Below are positions 58,800 to 64,000 of a stretch of 64,000 nt of DNA, piece after piece. The translations under genes and the position numbers were made by a program. The notes below the pieces were generated by a model. It saw only the letters and a list, made by a program, of their open reading frames with translations. It was not told the origin of the DNA and made no database searches. The DNA is from an uncultured Granulosicoccaceae bacterium (GTDB lineage Bacteria > Pseudomonadota > Gammaproteobacteria > Granulosicoccales > Granulosicoccaceae). Every line of letters begins with the position of its first letter. Position 1 is the stretch's first letter. The DNA lies in assembly GCA_964449565.1 (NCBI GenBank), contig CAYUZB010000007.1, forward strand, positions 531 through 64,530, in the 5' to 3' direction.

Positions 58800-59138
58800 A
58801 TGAATCTGATCGAATGGGATGATTTTGAACGCGTGCAACTGTGTGCTGGCACAATCGTCGAAGTAGAAGAGTTTCCTGAGGCGCGTAAACCCGCCTATAA
58901 GCTCACTATTGATTTTGGCGAAGAGATTGGGCGCCGGCGATCAAGCGCTCAGATAACGACACTTTACGAGCGAGAATCACTGATCGGAAAACAGATAATG
59001 GCCGTAGTGAATTTTCCCAAAAAACAGATTGGCCCATTCATGTCTGAATGTCTGGTGACTGGAATGGCTCGTGAGGATGGCGCCATAGTCCTTGTATCGC
59101 CCGATGCTGAGGTGCCAAACGGAGCAAGGTTGTGCTGA
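58800..59138 (+). CDS. csaA: tRNA-binding domain protein (CsaA/YgjH-like)
   Basis: From MNLIEWDDFERVQLCAGTIVEVEEFPEARKPAYKLTIDFGEEIG...IMAVVNFPKKQIG; 112 aa. The track start at 58587 is an unsupported extension. Confidence 0.8.
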   Translation: MNLIEWDDFERVQLCAGTIVEVEEFPEARKPAYKLTIDFGEEIGRRRSSAQITTLYERESLIGKQIMAVVNFPKKQIGPFMSECLVTGMAREDGAIVLVSPDAEVPNGARLC

Positions 59139-59171
59139 ACTGATTGTGCTGACCCCAGTCGCACAATCAGT
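59139..59171. terminator. 11-bp-stem hairpin between convergent genes (terminator-like)
   Basis: ACTGATTGTGC-(11 nt loop)-GCACAATCAGT. The T tract is weak. Confidence 0.45.
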
Positions 59172-59179
59172 CGCTTGAT

Positions 59180-59914
59180 TCAGGGCTTGCAGGTATACCG
59201 ATGAGGCGTACGGGCGACCAACTCTGATCTGGTCTTTGCTGCCAGCACTTGAGAGCCGAAACAGTTGTCGTTGGTCGAGTCATTCTCGACGACGGTAATG
59301 ATTTGCAAATCGCCAGAGTCAGTGATGGCTTCGACAAGTGCTGCTGTAATCTTCACATCGGATTCAACCTGCAGGGCCAGTTCATCAATTTTGACCATGA
59401 CTTCCCAAACCTGCCCGTCGTCTACAATGAATTGAGTAGTATCGCCAGTGGATAAAAAGTACTGTAGAGCCAGCGAGCTCGGCGACGTATCGCTTGCTGC
59501 GTTGGCTGTTGCTCTTACAGATTCAACTGTAAACGCTGGTTCGCTGGCCTTACCAGTTTCGATCATGCGTTTAAGTTCGGCATCAAGGATAGTGCGATGT
59601 CGGTCTGAGAGAGCATCGATGCCGTCCAGATCCGGCCATTTTTCGCAATTGAAGTTCCAGTCATTGACATATTTTTCACTTAGCTCGTAGGCTTTGGTCG
59701 TGCAAAATTTCGTATCATGATTTGCATACCATTTGACTTGTCTTTCACCGGTTTGACGGGTTACTGTAACTTCACACAAGTGCTCCTGGCCAGGGATTTC
59801 CAAGCGCAGAAAACGTTCGTCACCAGGTACCTTGCAATTGAATTCGAGTGCCGTAGTGTTTGCTGAATAAAACCATGCAAGAGCTGCCAAAAATAGCCAA
59901 TAATGTCGATTCAT
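59180..59914 (-). CDS. secreted hypothetical protein
   Basis: Signal peptide MNRHYWLFLAALAWFYSANTTA and several Cys residues. No family motif recognised. Confidence 0.55.
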   Translation of the reverse strand: MNRHYWLFLAALAWFYSANTTALEFNCKVPGDERFLRLEIPGQEHLCEVTVTRQTGERQVKWYANHDTKFCTTKAYELSEKYVNDWNFNCEKWPDLDGIDALSDRHRTILDAELKRMIETGKASEPAFTVESVRATANAASDTSPSSLALQYFLSTGDTTQFIVDDGQVWEVMVKIDELALQVESDVKITAALVEAITDSGDLQIITVVENDSTNDNCFGSQVLAAKTRSELVARTPHRYTCKP

Positions 59915-59956
59915 TTCGTAGCTTTCCTTCTTCCGTAGCGTTACCTTTCGCTACAG

Positions 59957-60961
59957 TTATGCTGTTGGTTCTGGTAGTAATACAATTTTAGGGGATCCGG
60001 TCGTCGCGTTGTGAATATCCAAAAAGGCGTTAGCGCCTTTTGACAACGGGCGACTTTCAACCCACGTGAGATCTCCCAAAGCTCCCTGCGTCAGTATATC
60101 GAGAGACGCAAGCAGATCAGTCTGGTTATAAGTGTAATTGCCGATAAATGCAACTTCTTGTAGTGTAAGACGTCTTGTGTCCAATCCAGCTTCATTGTCT
60201 TGTAAGCCAACGTGTGAAATGACACCCCCGGTTCGAACCAGCGCACTGGCCGCTGCTCTTGTCTTGCCACTGCCCACCGCGTCAATCACCAGCTCAAAAT
60301 GGTTGTCTGGTGGCGTGTCATCGCCGAGAGGATCATAAACCTGGCCGCAGTCCATGCTCGCAAGTGTTTGACGGCGGTTGGCATTGGTTTCGGCAATCGC
60401 GATTTCAGAGGCACCTTTTTGCTTGAGGATCAGTGCGGCCAAAGCGCCTATAGCGCCACCGCCAATGACAAGGCTACGGCTTTCCGATATGGGCCTGGAC
60501 ATGACTCGTTCCGCGAGAGCGATTGCATGCACCGAGACTGCGGTGGGTTCCATCAGGCTGGCATGTATCGGGTCGAGATTGTCGCTGACAGTAAAAAGGT
60601 TGGCAGTTGGCGCGGCAATCAGTTCGCAATATCCGCCAGCACGGCCAAGACCGAGTAGGTCACGCCGTGCGCAGAGATTCGGTAATCCGGCACGGCAATC
60701 GCGGCATTCACCGCAACTGATCAGAGGATTGATGGCCACTCGTTCCCCATCACGTGGCCCGCCGACCACGCGTCCGCATAACTCATGGCCGAGGATCATT
60801 GGCGGTACCCGACGTGCGTCGTGACCATGCCATGCGTGCATGTCAGATCCACAGATGCCAGATGCTTCGATACGTACCAGACTTTCGTCGGGGCCGACGA
60901 TTGGATCTGGTTCATCGCGAAAATCGAGGCTTTGTGTGCCGGTATAAACCAATGCTTTCAA
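59957..60961 (-). CDS. zinc-dependent alcohol/polyol dehydrogenase (MDR family)
   Basis: GICGSDMHAWHG, GHELCG, structural-zinc Cys cluster CGECRDCRAGLPNLC, and GGGAIG Rossmann motif. Confidence 0.85.
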   Translation of the reverse strand: MKALVYTGTQSLDFRDEPDPIVGPDESLVRIEASGICGSDMHAWHGHDARRVPPMILGHELCGRVVGGPRDGERVAINPLISCGECRDCRAGLPNLCARRDLLGLGRAGGYCELIAAPTANLFTVSDNLDPIHASLMEPTAVSVHAIALAERVMSRPISESRSLVIGGGAIGALAALILKQKGASEIAIAETNANRRQTLASMDCGQVYDPLGDDTPPDNHFELVIDAVGSGKTRAAASALVRTGGVISHVGLQDNEAGLDTRRLTLQEVAFIGNYTYNQTDLLASLDILTQGALGDLTWVESRPLSKGANAFLDIHNATTGSPKIVLLPEPTA

Positions 60962-61017
60962 TGTATTAACCTGCGTTCCATGAGTGGCGAAGCACTGAGT
61001 TTAACGCGGACGCCAAG

Positions 61018-61779
61018 CTACAGGGCGGTAAAGCCGCCATCGACACCAATGACCTGGCCGGTGATGTAGTCGGAAGCATGGCTCGCGAGAAATACGGTCA
61101 CACCATCAAGATCTTCAAGCTTGCCATTGCGTTTCATGGCAGTTTTTGCGGCCAGTGAATCGGCAGTGGCAGAATCATCAAAAACCGGTGCAGTCAGTTC
61201 GGTTGGAAAGAACCCCGGTGCAATGGCATTGGCGGTAATGCCATTAGCCGACCAGGCTTCAGCCATGGCTCGTGTCACCTGTGCGATTCCGCCTTTGGAC
61301 GCACCGTAAGCCAGTCCGTTGGGAAAAGCGCGAGTTGTTTGCAATGAGGCTATGTTAATGATGCGCCCCCAGCCTTGTTCGATCATTCCCGGAACGAACT
61401 CTCTGGCGAGAAAAAAAGGTACTGCCAGATTTAGATCGAGCGTTTGTGTCCAGGATTCAGGTGTGATGTCTTGCCAGGCTTGACGCAGATTCACACCAGC
61501 GGTATTACAGACGATATCGATATGTGGGACTGTGTCGAGTACCTTTGCGGCAAAGGCCGGGCATTGCGCTGGGCTTGCCAGATCCCCCGGAATCACGATT
61601 GCGTTCGCGGTCTTGGTAGCGGTTGCCTCAATGCTTGAAGCCGTGTCTTCAAGGGCTGATTGGCGGCGGCCGGTCAGGACGACAGTAGCACCTGCACTTG
61701 CCAGTGCCAAGGCCTGACGTTTTCCGATTCCAGAACCAGCGCCGGTTACCAGCGCGAATTTTTTATCCAGTGCGAACAA
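61018..61779 (-). CDS. SDR family oxidoreductase
   Basis: TGAGSGIGK cofactor motif and YGASKGG catalytic motif; 253 aa. Confidence 0.85.
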   Translation of the reverse strand: MFALDKKFALVTGAGSGIGKRQALALASAGATVVLTGRRQSALEDTASSIEATATKTANAIVIPGDLASPAQCPAFAAKVLDTVPHIDIVCNTAGVNLRQAWQDITPESWTQTLDLNLAVPFFLAREFVPGMIEQGWGRIINIASLQTTRAFPNGLAYGASKGGIAQVTRAMAEAWSANGITANAIAPGFFPTELTAPVFDDSATADSLAAKTAMKRNGKLEDLDGVTVFLASHASDYITGQVIGVDGGFTAL

Positions 61780-61784
61780 ATCAA

Positions 61785-62447
61785 TCAGCCTTTGATCAGG
61801 GGCAGTAACTCAAGACCACCTTCCCAGGTCATGACAATACCCACGTAGAAAATCAGCGCCAGACCGACATAGGCGATCCAGGGGTAACGCTGCAGCAGTT
61901 TGGCGATCATCGTTGCAGCGAAGATCATGAAGGCAACTGACAATGCGAGGCCAAAGATCAAAAGTATAGGAAATTCACGCGAAATACCTGCAATGGCCAG
62001 GACGTTGTCGATCGACATTGACAGGTCGGCTATCACTATTTGTATGACCGCTGGCCAAAGTGTGGCGAGCTGGTTTTGATCGGATGCATCACTCGCCGAT
62101 GCTTCAGCCGCTTCATTGTGCTGTGCGTTGTCAGCACGAAGCTCGACCCAGAGTCGCCAGCATACCCACAACAGTAACAAACCGCCGAAGAACTTCAGCC
62201 CGGTGATGCTGAGTAGTTGAATCGCGATCAGTGAGAAACCGATACGCATGATAACGGCAGCACCGATGCCGAACAGTATGACCTTCTTGCGCAGGTGTTG
62301 TGGAACACGAGATGCGACCATACCGACAATGATGGCATTGTCACCAGCGAGAACGAGATCAATAAAGATGATCTGTACAAAGATTGCCGCAGCTTTTGCT
62401 GTAAACAATTCGGGGCCGAAAAGCTCAGTCATTTGACTCAAACGCAA
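61785..62447 (-). CDS. TerC family membrane protein
   Basis: Multi-TM with paired AGDNAIIVG and SMSIDNVLAIAG motifs. Confidence 0.8.
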   Translation of the reverse strand: MRLSQMTELFGPELFTAKAAAIFVQIIFIDLVLAGDNAIIVGMVASRVPQHLRKKVILFGIGAAVIMRIGFSLIAIQLLSITGLKFFGGLLLLWVCWRLWVELRADNAQHNEAAEASASDASDQNQLATLWPAVIQIVIADLSMSIDNVLAIAGISREFPILLIFGLALSVAFMIFAATMIAKLLQRYPWIAYVGLALIFYVGIVMTWEGGLELLPLIKG

Positions 62448-62483
62448 TTAGGTTAGAAGAGAGTAGAAAAATAAACACTATGC

Positions 62484-62504
62484 CGGTTCGCGACTAGCGA
62501 ACCG
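62484..62504 (-). terminator. hairpin downstream of the TRAP permease gene (weak terminator)
   Basis: 8-bp stem CGGTTCGC / GCGAACCG with a 5-nt loop. The minus-strand TTTATTTTT tract begins about 7 nt after the stem. Confidence 0.5.
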
Positions 62505-62557
62505 ACGGGTACCTGAAGACTAGTTAGAGCCTATCCATAAACAAATGTTTTTTAATC

Positions 62558-64000
62558 CTAACCGGACATAACCTTCGGCAGCCACAGTACAAGCTGCGGG
62601 AAAATGAAGATCAGGATCAAGCCCACAAGTTGAACCAACATGAACTGCATCATGCCAAGGTAGATGTCTTTCAAATCCCACTCCGGCACTACGCCCTTCA
62701 AGAAATAGGCTGAGAGTGCAACCGGGGGTGAAAGCCAGGCCGTTTGCAGATTCACCGCGACAAGAATGCCGAACCAGACCATCAGATCATAGCGTTCCAA
62801 ACCATGTACCGAAAGTGATTCGACAGTTGGCAACAAAATGGGAACAACGATTAACACAATCGGCACCCATTCCAGAGGCCAGCCCAATAGAAAGATCAAA
62901 GCCATGACCAGGAGCAGGATTAAATAGGGTGACATATCAAGACCCAGGAGCAACTCCGTCATCATCTTCGGCGTACCAAGCGTGCTGAATTCAGCACCGA
63001 AGAAGTTGGAGGCCGCGACCAGAAACATGATCAGTACGGTGATTTCCAGGGCTTTGACCAAGCTTTCATAAAAGCTGGAAAAAGAGAATTTGCGATAGCC
63101 AATCGAGAGCAAGATCGCACCGAACGCCCCCATGGCAGCAGCTTCTGCCGGGGTTGCGAAGCCGAGCAGGATCGAGCCCAAGGCGAAGGAAATCAGAATG
63201 GTGGGTGGCATCAAGCCGGCGAAGAATTCATCCCATAAATCCGAGAAGTGGAAGTCACCGGCGCTGTCCTTGTCGTAGATCGGTCGGCCCAGAAATGCCA
63301 GGAGGACGATGAATGCAGCGAAGACGATCGACCAGAGCGGTAAGCCGCCGTCGCCCAAGTTCGCGATGATCATATAAACGTGGAACAGCACGGCGATGGG
63401 CACAGCGAATCGCAGAATGCTGAGGTTTCGATAGGCCGCATAGGCCAAGGCCATGGTCGCCAGAAAAACTACCAGGCCACCGAACGGCATAAGACCTGAA
63501 AATGCACCGCCAATTGCAAGACCAAAAACACGGCATACCGTCAGGATGCCAAGGCAGACCAAGGCTACTTCGGCGCCGTAAAATCTGGATGTTGTTGGTT
63601 GGTCTTCTTCGGCGAGTATGGGCCCCAATTCAGGGTTAAGCCAGCATCGGCCGAGGGTATAGATCAGATAGAGCGAGGCCAGGAGTGCGCCGGGGATGAA
63701 CGCGCCGCGGAAAAGATCCAGTGTGGAGACTTCCAACACCGGGCCCATGACGATCAACATGATCGATGGTGGGATCAGGATACCCAGAGTGCCGCCCGCC
63801 GTGATGGTTCCGGCTGAGAGTTTCACGTTGTATCCGGCTCGGGTCATCGTCGCGCCCGCCATTATGCCGAGCAGTGTTACCGAGGCCCCGACGATTCCGG
63901 TTGCGGCGGCAAAGATGGTTGAGACGATCAGAACCGCAATAAAAAGCGAGCCGCGCACCCGGGCCATCATCATTTGGATCGATGCGAACAGACGTTCCAT
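62558..64000 (-). CDS. TRAP transporter large permease (DctM family), 5' end probably beyond the window
   Basis: Many TM helices, with DctM-type strings FAAATGIVGASVTLLGIMAGATMTRAGY and GTLGILIPPSIMLIV. The first residues align to an internal DctM region, so the ATG at 64000 is probably not the true start. Confidence 0.8.
   Translation of the reverse strand: MERLFASIQMMMARVRGSLFIAVLIVSTIFAAATGIVGASVTLLGIMAGATMTRAGYNVKLSAGTITAGGTLGILIPPSIMLIVMGPVLEVSTLDLFRGAFIPGALLASLYLIYTLGRCWLNPELGPILAEEDQPTTSRFYGAEVALVCLGILTVCRVFGLAIGGAFSGLMPFGGLVVFLATMALAYAAYRNLSILRFAVPIAVLFHVYMIIANLGDGGLPLWSIVFAAFIVLLAFLGRPIYDKDSAGDFHFSDLWDEFFAGLMPPTILISFALGSILLGFATPAEAAAMGAFGAILLSIGYRKFSFSSFYESLVKALEITVLIMFLVAASNFFGAEFSTLGTPKMMTELLLGLDMSPYLILLLVMALIFLLGWPLEWVPIVLIVVPILLPTVESLSVHGLERYDLMVWFGILVAVNLQTAWLSPPVALSAYFLKGVVPEWDLKDIYLGMMQFMLVQLVGLILIFIFPQLVLWLPKVMSG

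Noticed and set aside
62448-62557. Possible yybP-ykoY (manganese) riboswitch upstream of the TerC-family gene
   Set aside because: TerC genes are often controlled by this riboswitch. However, the minus-strand leader is short and AT-rich, is mostly taken up by the TRAP gene's terminator hairpin, and lacks the conserved GGGGAGUAG-type core.

Overview
Gene-dense chromosomal segment, about 65 CDS on both strands, many with 4-nt ATGA start/stop overlaps. Gene content looks like a marine-type gammaproteobacterium; this is an inference from content, not a search result. I found no rRNA, tRNA, CRISPR array, transposase, integrase or prophage genes, so it does not look like a classic mobile island.

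Gene order, left to right:
- arginase (partial), ornithine cyclodeaminase and a basic-amino-acid/opine-type ABC importer, with a divergent Lrp/AsnC regulator
- an orphan 470-aa conserved protein
- two tandem OmpA-C paralogues
- comF
- a pair of paralogous P-loop GTPases bracketing a CobT-like vWA protein and a Prx5 peroxiredoxin
- ubiA and gor
- a type IVa minor-pilin operon (fimT-pilV-pilW-pilX-pilE) without pilY1
- an ABC-F ATPase, two EamA transporters, dodecin, a C-S lyase, a CoA Nudix hydrolase, a flavin reductase and a TVP38 protein
- a spore-photoproduct-lyase-like radical SAM gene overlapping a nucleosidase-family gene
- a YbjQ / membrane-anchored YbjQ / M48 protease trio
- nudC and an enolase-superfamily enzyme
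- the moxR-DUF58-tgpA operon
- a 936-aa DUF349 protein followed by an EAL protein with a CZB-like tail
- amt-glnK
- a LysR regulator divergent from an ABC exporter, across a repeat-bearing 452-bp spacer
- HNH nuclease, an HExxH lipoprotein, a GH16 glucanase with FN3 domains and acuI/yhdH
- an M14 (AstE/AspA-family) gene coupled to a GT2 glycosyltransferase that has no canonical start codon
- an SLC13 permease, a third OmpA-type lipoprotein, csaA, dehydrogenases, terC and a partial TRAP permease

The best candidates for under-described biology are:
- the GTPase pair with the orphan CobT-like vWA protein
- the radical-SAM/nucleosidase pair
- the YbjQ-YbjQ-M48 module
- the EAL/CZB-like fusion
- the start-codon-less GT2
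- the triple direct repeat in front of the ABC exporter

None can be proven novel from sequence alone. All family calls rest on motifs I read in the translations, not on database searches.
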